Assembly (NCBI GenBank): GCA_943326655.2
Contig: CALPUC020000001.1
Coordinates: 1 to 32,378 of the forward strand
Length of the DNA stretch: 32,378 nt
Source of the DNA: Rhodoluna limnophila
GTDB lineage: Bacteria; Actinomycetota; Actinomycetes; Actinomycetales; Microbacteriaceae
Direction: 5' to 3'
The notes beneath the pieces are model-generated. The model did not search any database, was not told the DNA's origin, and saw only the letters and a list, made by a program, of their open reading frames with translations. Numbering within the stretch: the first letter of the stretch is position 1; each line of letters starts with the position of its first letter. Positions 8,812 to 18,491 of this stretch are shown here, piece after piece. The translations under genes and the position numbers were made by a program.

Positions 8812-10386
8812 GTGTTATCGAAATTCGTAACGGCTATATTCGACGTTTTTCGTCGGTCGATCCAGGTTCGCTATGTGACCCTAACGGTCGCACTCAGTGC
8901 GGCCGCTCTAGTTGCGGTGGGAGGCTTTCTCTCCCTGACCATCGGTAACGGCCTTTTCCAAACTCGAGTTGAGCAGGTACTTCAGGAATCAAAGCAGGCA
9001 AGTGCCGAGGTGCAAAAAACTTTCACGGCTACGGGAAATACCGACGTTCTTGCCCTGCAAACACTGGTGAATGAAGTAATCCCAAACCTTGAACAAAATA
9101 CGGCCAATGGTTCCAGAAAAGTGGCTCTTCTGAGGAGCCCAAACCAGGCGACAAACCAGTTCCTTCAATCCCCGATTTCCGGCGATCTAACGGTCTCCGA
9201 CATACCTGCCACACTTCGGAACCAAGTTGCCAAAACCGAGAACAAATTGGTTTACCGAACTATCTATTTGGAAGCCGATGGAGTGATGAATCAATCCATT
9301 GTGGTCGGTTCTAAAGTTGTCATTCCGGTTGCGGGCGATTACGAACTTTATCTGGTCTACGACATCTCGGATGCCCAAGAAACGCTCGATTTTATGCAAT
9401 CAACTTTGGCCATCGGTGGCCTGGTGATGATCTTGCTACTCGGCATCGTTGCCTATTTCGTTACCCGAAGAATTGTTGCTCCAGTGGAGCGCGCCGCAAT
9501 TGTTGCGGAGCAGTTGGCACTCGGCTCTCTCGATAAAAGGCTTCCTGAGCGCGGGCAGGATGTGGTGGCCGCTTTGGCTCGTTCATTCAACAAAATGGCA
9601 CAGAGCCTAGAAACCCAGATTGGTGAACTGAGCAAGCTCAGCAAAATGCAGCAGCGCTTCGTTTCGGACGTGTCGCACGAACTTCGCACGCCACTTACCA
9701 CTATTAAATTGGCGACAGAGATGCTGGAGGCTCGAGTCGAGGAGTTAGACCCCAAGGCTAGAAGGGCTTTGGATACCTTGGTTTCCCAGGTCGCTAGATT
9801 TGAATCACTCTTAGCCGACCTACTCGAGATTTCTCGCTACGACGCTGGGGCTGTGGTTGCCGAAATCGAACCGAACAACTTGGGCGACGTGGTGAGCATG
9901 GCGGTTTCAGGTCTTGAACCGTTAGCTGAAACTCTCGGTTGCGAACTAATTCTCAAGTTGCCCACTCGACCCGTTGATGCTGATTTCGATCCACGTCGAA
10001 TAGAGCGCGTGCTTAGAAATCTGATCTCGAATGCCATTGAACATGGAGCGGGTAAGCCGGTAGAAATTCAGGTGGGAAGATCCAAGACGGCGGTCGCGGT
10101 AACCATCAAGGACCTCGGCGTTGGGATGAGTCGTTCCCAGATGGATCGAGTGTTCGACCGATTCTGGCGAGGTGACCCTTCGAGAATGCGAACCACCGGC
10201 GGCACTGGCCTGGGGCTCGCTATCTCTCTGGAAGACACTCACTTGCATCAGGGCTGGTTGCAGGTCACTTCTAAACCAAATCAGGGCACCACTTTCCGAC
10301 TCACTCTGCCTAGAAGAATCGGCGGAATTTTCACCGAGTCGCCGTTGCCTCTTGGAGAAACCTTGAGCCAGAGGAGCAGGATTTGA
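8812..10386 (+). CDS. mtrB: Sensor histidine kinase MtrB
   Basis: Two TM helices, HAMP domain, QRFVSDVSHELRTPLTT H-box, NLISNAIEH, GGTGLGLAISLED. Confidence 0.92.
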   Translation: MLSKFVTAIFDVFRRSIQVRYVTLTVALSAAALVAVGGFLSLTIGNGLFQTRVEQVLQESKQASAEVQKTFTATGNTDVLALQTLVNEVIPNLEQNTANGSRKVALLRSPNQATNQFLQSPISGDLTVSDIPATLRNQVAKTENKLVYRTIYLEADGVMNQSIVVGSKVVIPVAGDYELYLVYDISDAQETLDFMQSTLAIGGLVMILLLGIVAYFVTRRIVAPVERAAIVAEQLALGSLDKRLPERGQDVVAALARSFNKMAQSLETQIGELSKLSKMQQRFVSDVSHELRTPLTTIKLATEMLEARVEELDPKARRALDTLVSQVARFESLLADLLEISRYDAGAVVAEIEPNNLGDVVSMAVSGLEPLAETLGCELILKLPTRPVDADFDPRRIERVLRNLISNAIEHGAGKPVEIQVGRSKTAVAVTIKDLGVGMSRSQMDRVFDRFWRGDPSRMRTTGGTGLGLAISLEDTHLHQGWLQVTSKPNQGTTFRLTLPRRIGGIFTESPLPLGETLSQRSRI

Positions 10387-12056
10387 TAAATCGGGTCCTC
10401 CGGCTACTGTCAATTTTTTCGACCGCTCTGGTTTTATCGTCGTGTGCCACACTCCCTTCAATCCCAGGAAACCAAATCGGGCCTGAAATACAAACCGGTG
10501 GATCGATTGAAACTCTTTACTACTCGCCGTCTGGCCCGTCTTTGGACGCCACGCAGGAGCAGATTATCAGCGGGTTTTTATACGCTGGAAACGGACCCCA
10601 GGAAGACTACGCGGTGGCCAGGGAGTACCTCACCGCCTCATACGCTGCCAAGTGGAATCCCTCAGCTGAAACTCTTATCCAAAGAGGTGAAGCCAGAATT
10701 GTTTCAAACAGTGGAACCAAAATTCGAATGGAAGTCCCTTTTGATGCGCTGATTCTTGAAGACGGCACATACGTCTCGAGTCCCGGCTCCACTCGTGTCA
10801 TCGAGTTCCGCCTGCTTCAGGTTTTTGGCAAGTGGCGAATCTCCTCCGCCCCAAACCTAACGATTCTCCTCCGCCCAAATTTCGGCCTGCTATTCCAGCC
10901 GGTCTCTGTCTACTTTTGGGATAAGTCGCTAACCTACCTGGTGCCAGAAGTTCGCTGGTTTCCAACCAAGGCGGCTATCGCCACCAAAGTTATCAACGCC
11001 CTACTCGACGGCCCGAGTGCCTGGTTAGAGCCGGCGGTGCAGCAGATTGTTCCAAAAGGAACCAAACTAAACATCAACTCGGTCACGGTCACGAATGGAA
11101 ATGCCTTAGTTGACTTGAACTCGACAGCCCTCAAGGTCCCATTGAGAACAAGACCTTTTCTGCGTTCTCAGATTTTGGCGACTCTCAGTGAGGTTTCAGG
11201 GATCGTCGGCGTGACTATCTCAATTGAACGAACGGTTCAGGAGATAGCTTCGGGAGCTTCCGGCGTTTCCGACGTTCCCTCAAACCTGCCGGCGGTGCTT
11301 ACAGCCAACGGGCTTTATCGCGTCTCGGGAAGTAGCACGTTCGCCATTAAGGACACCCAAGCCCCGGTTCGGGAACTCGACGCAAGCGGATTTGCGCTCT
11401 CCCGTGACGAATCTTTCCTGGTTTTACTGGCCGGTAATGCCGTGCACGCTTTCGAACTAGATCTTTTGGGCGGAAACAATAAAATTGTCGACTCTAGGGA
11501 GAGTCTTCTAAACCCAACCATTGATCCCTATGATCAGGTTTGGACAGCAACAGCTCGCCTAGGTTCCGAAATTCTCGTAATTGATAAAGCCGGGGGGACG
11601 GTCAGGCTTCCAAATCCGTACGGGTTCAGATCAACCATTCGCGAGATTGTAATGAGCCCCGAAGGTTCCCGCCTAGCCGTTTTGCATGATTACTCTGACG
11701 GCTCGACAGTTGACATTTTCCCTGTGATTCGAGACAAAAACAGGGAGGTTTTGGGCTTAGGCGAACCGCTCAAGCTCACTCAGTTCGGCAACTCGACCCA
11801 GGCGATCAGCTGGGTGGATCGGGTTAACCTCGCAGGTCTAGTGAAAAGTAAAGACGGCGCTCAGTCGATGCTGACAGTGCTTGTCGGAGGCGCATCAACC
11901 GCCGGTCGCGCAACGGCGGAAGGGGTTTCGGTAGCCAGTTCAAGCGGCGGAAATCACTTCTATCTTGACAAGTTTGGCAATCTCAACGTTTCTAAAACTT
12001 TTGGTTGGGATGTTGCCCTAACCAAGGTGCGGGCAATCAAAATGGCCGGGCAGTAG
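10383..12056 (+). CDS. lpqB: Lipoprotein LpqB (GerMN plus propeller-like domain)
   Basis: Lipobox LSSC, YAVAREYLT, YLVPEVRWFP, ALLDGPSAWL; third gene after mtrAB. Confidence 0.85.
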   Translation: MINRVLRLLSIFSTALVLSSCATLPSIPGNQIGPEIQTGGSIETLYYSPSGPSLDATQEQIISGFLYAGNGPQEDYAVAREYLTASYAAKWNPSAETLIQRGEARIVSNSGTKIRMEVPFDALILEDGTYVSSPGSTRVIEFRLLQVFGKWRISSAPNLTILLRPNFGLLFQPVSVYFWDKSLTYLVPEVRWFPTKAAIATKVINALLDGPSAWLEPAVQQIVPKGTKLNINSVTVTNGNALVDLNSTALKVPLRTRPFLRSQILATLSEVSGIVGVTISIERTVQEIASGASGVSDVPSNLPAVLTANGLYRVSGSSTFAIKDTQAPVRELDASGFALSRDESFLVLLAGNAVHAFELDLLGGNNKIVDSRESLLNPTIDPYDQVWTATARLGSEILVIDKAGGTVRLPNPYGFRSTIREIVMSPEGSRLAVLHDYSDGSTVDIFPVIRDKNREVLGLGEPLKLTQFGNSTQAISWVDRVNLAGLVKSKDGAQSMLTVLVGGASTAGRATAEGVSVASSSGGNHFYLDKFGNLNVSKTFGWDVALTKVRAIKMAGQ

Positions 12057-12115
12057 TTGTCCCCAGAACTAGCTAAAGGGTTCTAACCGCAAGTAGTTTT
12101 CGTGATGATTGTGCA

Positions 12116-12784
12116 ATGGCCTCACTTTTCGACCTACTCCTGCCGAGCTGCTGTCTTTTTTGCAGCAAACTGAGCGCCAGGATTTGCAACGATTGCTCTG
12201 GAGAATGCGGGTTAGACCCTAGATTGGTCTTTCGCGACGGATTGGTCGGATTTTCGGCCAGCTCCTACACCGACCAGGCGAAACAACTTCTTCGGTCGTT
12301 CAAGGAACTCGGTGAAAGTTCGCTCGGCGCCTTTTTGGCCGAACGGATGAAGCCGCTTCTCACCTGTTTCGATGAGCCACCGACCTGTTTGGTGCCCGTC
12401 CCTAGCAACGCTCTATCACTTCGAGAACGCGGGTTTAACCCGGCCGAGATTATTGCCAGAGAACTCTGCCGCTCGCTAAATGGAATCAGCTACCAAAACC
12501 TTCTGGCTAGAACCCGACAAACCAAGGATCAAAGCCGCCTGAGCCCTGGGCAGAGAGCCGAGAACCAGTTGAATTCGATGATGGCAAAAGTCGGATGTGA
12601 GAGGGTAATCCTCATCGACGACGTCATCACAACGGGCTCAACTCTGAAAACAGCGTCGAAAACTTTAGAAAACTCCGGTCATAAAGTGATTGGTTTTCTA
12701 ACTTTTGCCGAAACCGAATCGAAAGGGTGTATTTTGACTACACAGGCAAAGTCGCCTGACGATGGAGGAACATCATGGAACTAA
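12116..12784 (+). CDS. comF: ComF family protein (zinc ribbon plus phosphoribosyltransferase)
   Basis: CLFC...CNDC, LVPVP, RGFNPAE, LIDDVITTGSTL. Confidence 0.85.
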   Translation: MASLFDLLLPSCCLFCSKLSARICNDCSGECGLDPRLVFRDGLVGFSASSYTDQAKQLLRSFKELGESSLGAFLAERMKPLLTCFDEPPTCLVPVPSNALSLRERGFNPAEIIARELCRSLNGISYQNLLARTRQTKDQSRLSPGQRAENQLNSMMAKVGCERVILIDDVITTGSTLKTASKTLENSGHKVIGFLTFAETESKGCILTTQAKSPDDGGTSWN

Positions 12785-13389
12785 ACATTTCCGCAAATAA
12801 TCTAACCGTCTCAGATCGATTCCGAGATTATGTCTCCGAGCGGGCCGAAAAAGTAGAACATCTCCTGCATCGAGTTCAAGAGTTGGCGATCAAGGTCACT
12901 CGTCACGATCATTCCCGCAACTCCGGCCCGGAAGACCAGGTCGAGCTCACTGTGTTCGCGACCGGGCAGATTATCCGAGCCGAGGCACACGCGCAAGACA
13001 AGTTCTCCGCCTTCGACATGGCCTGGGGAAAGCTCACCGAGCGCCTGCGTCGTGCTAACGATCGCAGAAAGCCACACCACGGTCATCACGGTTCTCCAGG
13101 CACGGCTGAACTCACCGCAACCGAATTCTCCTCGCTTGACATCACTCCCGCCGATCTCAGCCTCCTGCACCCTGGCGAACCTGCCGAAGAAATAAAAGAC
13201 TTCGGTTCGTCTCCGGTGGTTATCCGAAGAAAAGAGTTCCACGCTGAAAAAATGACTGCCGATGACGCAATTACCAACATGGAGCTGCTTGGCCACGATT
13301 TCTATCTGTTTTTAGATGCAGAGAACGGCAAACCAAGTGTCGCCTACCGTCGTAAAGGTTGGAATTACGGCATCATCGCGCTGGTCTAG
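12775..13389 (+). CDS. hpf: Long ribosome hibernation promoting factor (HPF/RaiA)
   Basis: S30AE N-domain and C-terminal MTADDAITNMELLGHDFYLF...YRRKGWNYGII; GGAGGA Shine-Dalgarno. Confidence 0.93.
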   Translation: MELNISANNLTVSDRFRDYVSERAEKVEHLLHRVQELAIKVTRHDHSRNSGPEDQVELTVFATGQIIRAEAHAQDKFSAFDMAWGKLTERLRRANDRRKPHHGHHGSPGTAELTATEFSSLDITPADLSLLHPGEPAEEIKDFGSSPVVIRRKEFHAEKMTADDAITNMELLGHDFYLFLDAENGKPSVAYRRKGWNYGIIALV

Positions 13390-13459
13390 AGAGCGGTAAC
13401 CAAAAAGGCCTCCAAGGGTAAGATTGTAGAAGGATTGTCCCTGAAGACTTGGAGTCGTT

Positions 13460-16096
13460 TTGGCATCGTTAATCAATAAGTTGCTTCGCGCTGGAGAAGG
13501 CCGAATTCTTGGCAAACTACGAAATTATGTAGTTGCGGTAAACGCCCTCGAGGAAGACTTCAAACTGTTGACCGACGAAGAACTTCGCGGAGAAACCGAG
13601 GAACTTCGCGCTAGATTCTCGGCTGGCGAATCACTCGACGACCTACTGCCGGAAGCTTTCGCTGCGGTTCGAGAAGCAGCGTCCAGAACCCTCGGAATGC
13701 GTCACTTCGATGTCCAAATCATGGGTGGTGCCGCTTTGCACCTCGGAAACATCGCTGAAATGCGAACCGGTGAAGGAAAGACCTTGGTAGCCACGCTTCC
13801 GGCCTACTTGAACGCCATTGCAGGTCGTGGCGTGCACGTGGTCACCGTGAACGACTTCCTAGCCGGGTACCAGAGTGAACTGATGGGACGCGTCTTCCGT
13901 GCACTTGGAATGACCACCGGCTGCATCATCTCGAATCAAGACCCTCAGGTTCGTCGCGAGCAGTACCAGGCCGACATTACCTACGGAACCAATAACGAAT
14001 TCGGCTTCGACTTCCTTCGCGACAACATGGCTCACAGCCAGGCGGAATTGGTTCAACGTGGTCACTACTACGCCATAATCGACGAGGTTGACTCGATTCT
14101 TATCGATGAAGCCCGCACCCCGCTAATCATCTCTGGTCCGGCATCGGGTGACGTAAATCGCTGGTTCAACGAATTCGCAAAAATTGCCGAAAAGCTTGAG
14201 CCAATCATCGACTACGAGGTTGACGAGAAGAAGCGAACCGTTGGAATTCTAGAGTCGGGTATTGAAAAAGTCGAGGACTACCTCGGTATCGATAACCTCT
14301 ACGAATCTGCAAACACCCCTCTGATCTCCTTTCTGAATAACGCCATTCGCGCGAAAGCACTGTTCAAAAGAGACAAAGACTACGTTGTAATGAACGGAGA
14401 GGTGCTGATCGTAGACGAACACACCGGGCGTATGCTGGCCGGTCGTCGTTACAGCGAGGGAATGCACCAGGCAGTAGAGGCCAAGGAGGGTGTCGAGGTT
14501 AAAGCCGAGAACCAAACTCTGGCTACGATCACGCTTCAGAACTACTTCAGAAGTTATGGAAAGCTGGCCGGCATGACCGGCACTGCAGAAACCGAAGCCG
14601 GCGAGTTTATGGCAACCTACAAACTCGGAGTCATCGCAATTCCAACCAACCGTCCGATGATTCGCATCGACCAAGCCGATTTGATTTACAAGAATGAGGA
14701 AGTCAAATTCGCTCAGGTGGTTGAAGATATCGCTGCTCGCCACGAAACCAAACAGCCTGTTTTGATTGGAACTAACTCGGTTGAGAAGAGCGAATATTTA
14801 TCGAAGCTTTTGGCTAAACGCGGCGTTCGCCACGAAGTATTGAATGCTAAAAACCATGCTCGAGAAGCCCACATCGTGGCTCAGGCGGGTCGTCTCGGTG
14901 CCGTGACCGTTGCTACCAACATGGCCGGTCGAGGCACCGACATCATGCTCGGTGGAAACGCCGAATTCCTAACCGTTGAGGCGCTCGCAGCCAAAAACCT
15001 AGACCCAGACACGAACGTTGAAGAATATCAAAAGGCCTGGGACAAAACCTTCGCCGAGATCAAGGACACCGTTGCCAAGGAAGCGGAAGATGTCGTTGCA
15101 GTAGGTGGCCTATACGTTCTTGGAACAGAGCGCCACGAATCTCGCCGCATCGACAACCAGCTTCGCGGACGCGCCGGTCGCCAGGGCGACCCCGGTGAAT
15201 CTAGGTTCTACCTGTCGCTCACCGATGATTTGATGCGTGCATTCAACTCCGGCGCCGCCGCCGCCATGATGAACCGAAGCGACATTCCAGACGATACGGC
15301 CATTGAATCCAAGTTGGTTTCCAGAGCCATCGCCAGCGCACAATCTCAGCTTGAAGGCCGTAACGCGGAAATTCGCAAGAACGTTTTGAAGTATGACGAC
15401 GTTATGTCGCGTCAGCGCGATGCAATTTACAACGACCGTCGCCAGATTCTTGAGGGTGAAGACATCACCGGCCGTATCGACGACTTCCTAGAATCGGTTA
15501 TTGAAACCGTTGTCAATCAGCACGCTGGGGAAGCTACTAGCGATTGGGATCTAGAAGCTCTTTGGAAAGACTTGAAGGCTATCTATCCGGTTGGGCTTGA
15601 AATCTCCGAGGTCCTAGCAGAGGCTGGAACACGAGCTAGGTTAACCAAGAAGTTCTTGGTTGCCGAATTAGTGAGCGACGCGAGAGTTGCCTACATCAAG
15701 CGCTCTGAAAGCATCGGTGCCGAAAGCATGCGAGAACTAGAACGTCGTGTGGTTCTTTCCGTGGTGGATCGCAAGTGGCGAGAACACCTTTACGAAATGG
15801 ATTACCTCAAGGAAGGTATCGGCCTTCGAGCAATGGCTCAGCGAGACCCTCTGGTTGAATACCAGCGCGAGGGTTACGTAATGTTCCAGCAGATGACTGG
15901 TGCAATTCGTGAAGAGACCATCATGTACATGTTCAATCTTGAAGTTCAGGTTGCCCAGGCACCTGAGCCAGAACCTGAGGAACTAACCTATAGCGCGCCT
16001 AGCGAAGAGGGAACCCCAGAGGTTGTTGAAGCTCCCAAGGAGAACAAAAACAACAAGGGCGGACACACTCCGGGTAGCAGTTTCTTCAAAAGCTAA
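13460..16096 (+). CDS. secA: Preprotein translocase subunit SecA
   Basis: [62 protein letters not shown] start with GGAG SD; TAAGAT -10 at 13419-13424. Confidence 0.98.
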   Translation: MASLINKLLRAGEGRILGKLRNYVVAVNALEEDFKLLTDEELRGETEELRARFSAGESLDDLLPEAFAAVREAASRTLGMRHFDVQIMGGAALHLGNIAEMRTGEGKTLVATLPAYLNAIAGRGVHVVTVNDFLAGYQSELMGRVFRALGMTTGCIISNQDPQVRREQYQADITYGTNNEFGFDFLRDNMAHSQAELVQRGHYYAIIDEVDSILIDEARTPLIISGPASGDVNRWFNEFAKIAEKLEPIIDYEVDEKKRTVGILESGIEKVEDYLGIDNLYESANTPLISFLNNAIRAKALFKRDKDYVVMNGEVLIVDEHTGRMLAGRRYSEGMHQAVEAKEGVEVKAENQTLATITLQNYFRSYGKLAGMTGTAETEAGEFMATYKLGVIAIPTNRPMIRIDQADLIYKNEEVKFAQVVEDIAARHETKQPVLIGTNSVEKSEYLSKLLAKRGVRHEVLNAKNHAREAHIVAQAGRLGAVTVATNMAGRGTDIMLGGNAEFLTVEALAAKNLDPDTNVEEYQKAWDKTFAEIKDTVAKEAEDVVAVGGLYVLGTERHESRRIDNQLRGRAGRQGDPGESRFYLSLTDDLMRAFNSGAAAAMMNRSDIPDDTAIESKLVSRAIASAQSQLEGRNAEIRKNVLKYDDVMSRQRDAIYNDRRQILEGEDITGRIDDFLESVIETVVNQHAGEATSDWDLEALWKDLKAIYPVGLEISEVLAEAGTRARLTKKFLVAELVSDARVAYIKRSESIGAESMRELERRVVLSVVDRKWREHLYEMDYLKEGIGLRAMAQRDPLVEYQREGYVMFQQMTGAIREETIMYMFNLEVQVAQAPEPEPEELTYSAPSEEGTPEVVEAPKENKNNKGGHTPGSSFFKS

Positions 16097-16476
16097 AGCA
16101 CGGTGATCGCCGTCGCTAACCAGCGACCGACCCGATGTTCCAGCCGAACCGTCATTGCTCGTGTTCTGTTTCGGATTCGCAGTAAGACGATTGAGTCAAT
16201 TAGGCCGGGTCTGCTTGATTCCTGGTGGATGTCGGTGACGGTGACTCTTGGAAACTCTGCGGCACTCTGCCCGCGCTCTCTTCGAAGGGACGCCTGTTCA
16301 ATTGCCCTTCTGCGGAGCATTTGATACACATCTTCGTTGATTAGCCCACCGAGTTGAGTCACGCTCCTTGCGCCTTCGATAACCTCAATGATTGCCGGCG
16401 CGATAAATTCAAGTTCTCGAGCGGCGTCTGTAGGTTCGATTTTCCTCCCTGCTGATTCTTTGGTACCTGTTTCCAT
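16093..16476 (-). CDS. Rv3235-family protein
   Basis: [15 protein letters not shown] and [10 protein letters not shown]...[10 protein letters not shown]; convergent with secA, as usual in Micrococcales. Confidence 0.7.
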   Translation of the reverse strand: METGTKESAGRKIEPTDAARELEFIAPAIIEVIEGARSVTQLGGLINEDVYQMLRRRAIEQASLRRERGQSAAEFPRVTVTDIHQESSRPGLIDSIVLLRIRNRTRAMTVRLEHRVGRWLATAITVL

Positions 16477-16547
16477 GCCTAGCTACCTTTCTTTTTCTCA
16501 AACGCTAGGGCGGATGGGTTGGGTCGTCTATGCACCTTGCCGCTTCT

Positions 16548-16556
16548 TGTGGATAA
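16548..16556 (-). promoter_or_regulatory. Perfect DnaA-box sequence (TTATCCACA) in a divergent promoter region
   Basis: Plus strand TGTGGATAA at 16548-16556; single copy, function not established. Confidence 0.4.
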
Positions 16557-16594
16557 CTTTCTTGCAGTCGGTCAATTTCTCAAATAATCGATTT

Positions 16595-17059
16595 ATGAAT
16601 CTCGACAAACTTTTTGAAGACCTAGAAACCCAATTCGAAGCCGAGTTGATCAGTGGCCAACAACCTCAACGGTTTGGCTTGGAGCGACTCTCAGCCTCAA
16701 TCGCCGGTCACCGGCTTACGCTGGAACGACCGATTCTGGGGAGTAACTTCGTTGCCGGATTGGTTTCCGGTAAAGCCATTTGGCGGTTCCAGCCGCATCG
16801 CACGTTAGGTGTGGCAAAACTCACCTTCAACGAAAAACCAGCCCCAAACATTGATTCCCAAGACGATTTAGCGCTACTTTCTGAAAGCCTGATCGGTCGG
16901 TTTGTTCGTTACTCACTCTCTGGCGATGGGCAACAGGTTCGCCGAGGCAGGGTGCTCCAGGTGCTGGCATCGCTGATTCTGTTTGAGGCAACTGATGAGG
17001 TTTTAGCCGTCGCCATTGAACGCCTGGCCTGGCTCGAGGTACATGCGGGCGACAACTAG
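16595..17059 (+). CDS. Hypothetical protein
   Basis: MNLDKLFEDLETQFEAE start resembles the small gene found beside Rv3235-like genes; AATAAT lies 6 nt before the ATG. The longer track ORF overlaps the Rv3235-like gene. Confidence 0.65.
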   Translation: MNLDKLFEDLETQFEAELISGQQPQRFGLERLSASIAGHRLTLERPILGSNFVAGLVSGKAIWRFQPHRTLGVAKLTFNEKPAPNIDSQDDLALLSESLIGRFVRYSLSGDGQQVRRGRVLQVLASLILFEATDEVLAVAIERLAWLEVHAGDN

Positions 17060-17664
17060 TGGACCTCAAGCTAAAGCGCGTCGGGCTTCGATACCTGTTG
17101 CCGATTGTCTCTTTTTCCGCCCTCTTGGCTTCGGTGGTTATTGCCGGACTGAGCCTCAGTTTTCCTGCCAAACAGCAAAAGGTGTTGGTCGCTTCAATCA
17201 GCATCGCAGCGGGCGATGAGATTTCCGAACTTTCCGTGGAGGAAACCGTTTTGCCTCTGGGCAGCTTCATTGATAGTTACCTAACTAGTTTCCAGAGTGG
17301 ATACATCGCAAATACCTCCATCAAGGAGGGCGAACTTATTCCTAAGTCGGCAATCGCCGATCAGGTAGATCCTCGAGTACCTTTTCGCATCAACGGCCTT
17401 CCGCAAATCTCAAAGGCTATCGGCGTTGGCGACCGAGTAGATGTCTGGTCAACGGCTCTGAACACAATGCAGGTGAGTGCTCCCGAACCCGTGGTGTTCG
17501 GAGCAATTGTGGTGGCCATCGAAAGCAACACGGCGTTGGCCCAGGCAACTACGTCTGTTGAATTACGCATTAATCCCGATTACCTAGAACCGTTATTGTT
17601 GGCCACCGACTCCAATCACAGGATTTCCCTAATCCTCCAAGAGACCCTGAGTGATTTCAATTGA
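17059..17664 (+). CDS. SAF-domain / CpaB(RcpC)-like membrane-anchored protein
   Basis: N-terminal TM, VLVASISIAAGDEI and IKEGELIPKSAI SAF-like motifs, GVGDRVDVW. Confidence 0.65.
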   Translation: MDLKLKRVGLRYLLPIVSFSALLASVVIAGLSLSFPAKQQKVLVASISIAAGDEISELSVEETVLPLGSFIDSYLTSFQSGYIANTSIKEGELIPKSAIADQVDPRVPFRINGLPQISKAIGVGDRVDVWSTALNTMQVSAPEPVVFGAIVVAIESNTALAQATTSVELRINPDYLEPLLLATDSNHRISLILQETLSDFN

Positions 17665-18491
17665 CGACTACGCTGATTCGTAGCCGCGTCAAGACTCCTA
17701 CGATTGCGGCAAACGCGTGCCAGGTTCTCACGGTGTTTGGTCCAACCGGGTCGACCGGTAAGAGTTCACTGGCTCTCAACCTCGCCTACGAGTTTGCTGA
17801 GCTGGGTAAGAGGGTGCTGCTGGTAGACCTAGACACTCATTCGCCATCATTAGCTCACCGGCTAGGGATTCAAGAACCTTCGGCCGCCCTAGCCGGGAGC
17901 GCCAGGCTTATCCGACAGGGAAGATTTGATCTCGAGCAGCTAAACCGCCTGACTATTCAGGTGAAGCATCGAAAAGCAACTTTTCGAGTTCTCACTGGGC
18001 TGCCATCACCTCGCCGATGGCCAGAAGTATCTGAAGAAACTGTTTCCCAACTATTGAACGTAGCAAGAAACGAATTCGACCTAGTTCTCATCGACGTAGC
18101 TTCACCTTTGGAACAAAATCTTGTAACTGCCGCTCACCCCACCGAACGAAACACTGCCACGAGATGCGCCCTGGCCAAGAGCGACTACGTTCTAAACGTC
18201 CTCAACGAATCCTCGCTATCACTCTCTCGCCACCTAAACCTTTTTACCGAATTACAAGAATTGCAACCGAAGCAACTGATCATACTTAATCGCTCAGCCC
18301 AGAGACCAGCTATCGTCTCGGCTCTGAAAACTCTCACCAAACAGTCTGTGTTCGCCACCATTCCAGATGACCAACCAGGCTTCGAATTGGCCGAGAGTGA
18401 ACACTTGCCACTTGCGCTGGCCCGAAGGAATTCGCCCGCAAGGAATGCGATTGCCCTTCTCAGCCATAAACTTTTAGAGTGTCCACCCTAA
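17661..18491 (+). CDS. CpaE/TadZ/MinD-like P-loop protein
   Basis: VFGPTGSTGKSSLALNLA deviant Walker A, VLLVDLD, VLTGLPSPRRWPE, DLVLID. Confidence 0.75.
   Translation: MTTTLIRSRVKTPTIAANACQVLTVFGPTGSTGKSSLALNLAYEFAELGKRVLLVDLDTHSPSLAHRLGIQEPSAALAGSARLIRQGRFDLEQLNRLTIQVKHRKATFRVLTGLPSPRRWPEVSEETVSQLLNVARNEFDLVLIDVASPLEQNLVTAAHPTERNTATRCALAKSDYVLNVLNESSLSLSRHLNLFTELQELQPKQLIILNRSAQRPAIVSALKTLTKQSVFATIPDDQPGFELAESEHLPLALARRNSPARNAIALLSHKLLECPP

Noticed and set aside
12720-12784. raiA-motif RNA near comF/hpf
   Set aside because: comF and hpf overlap, and the lpqB-comF gap is only 59 nt; there is no room.
16548-16556. Replication origin
   Set aside because: Single DnaA box; no box cluster, unwinding element or dnaA/dnaN nearby.
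16388-16594. N-terminal extension of the 223-aa ORF
   Set aside because: Overlaps the Rv3235-like gene and the promoter region; ATG 16595 is better supported.
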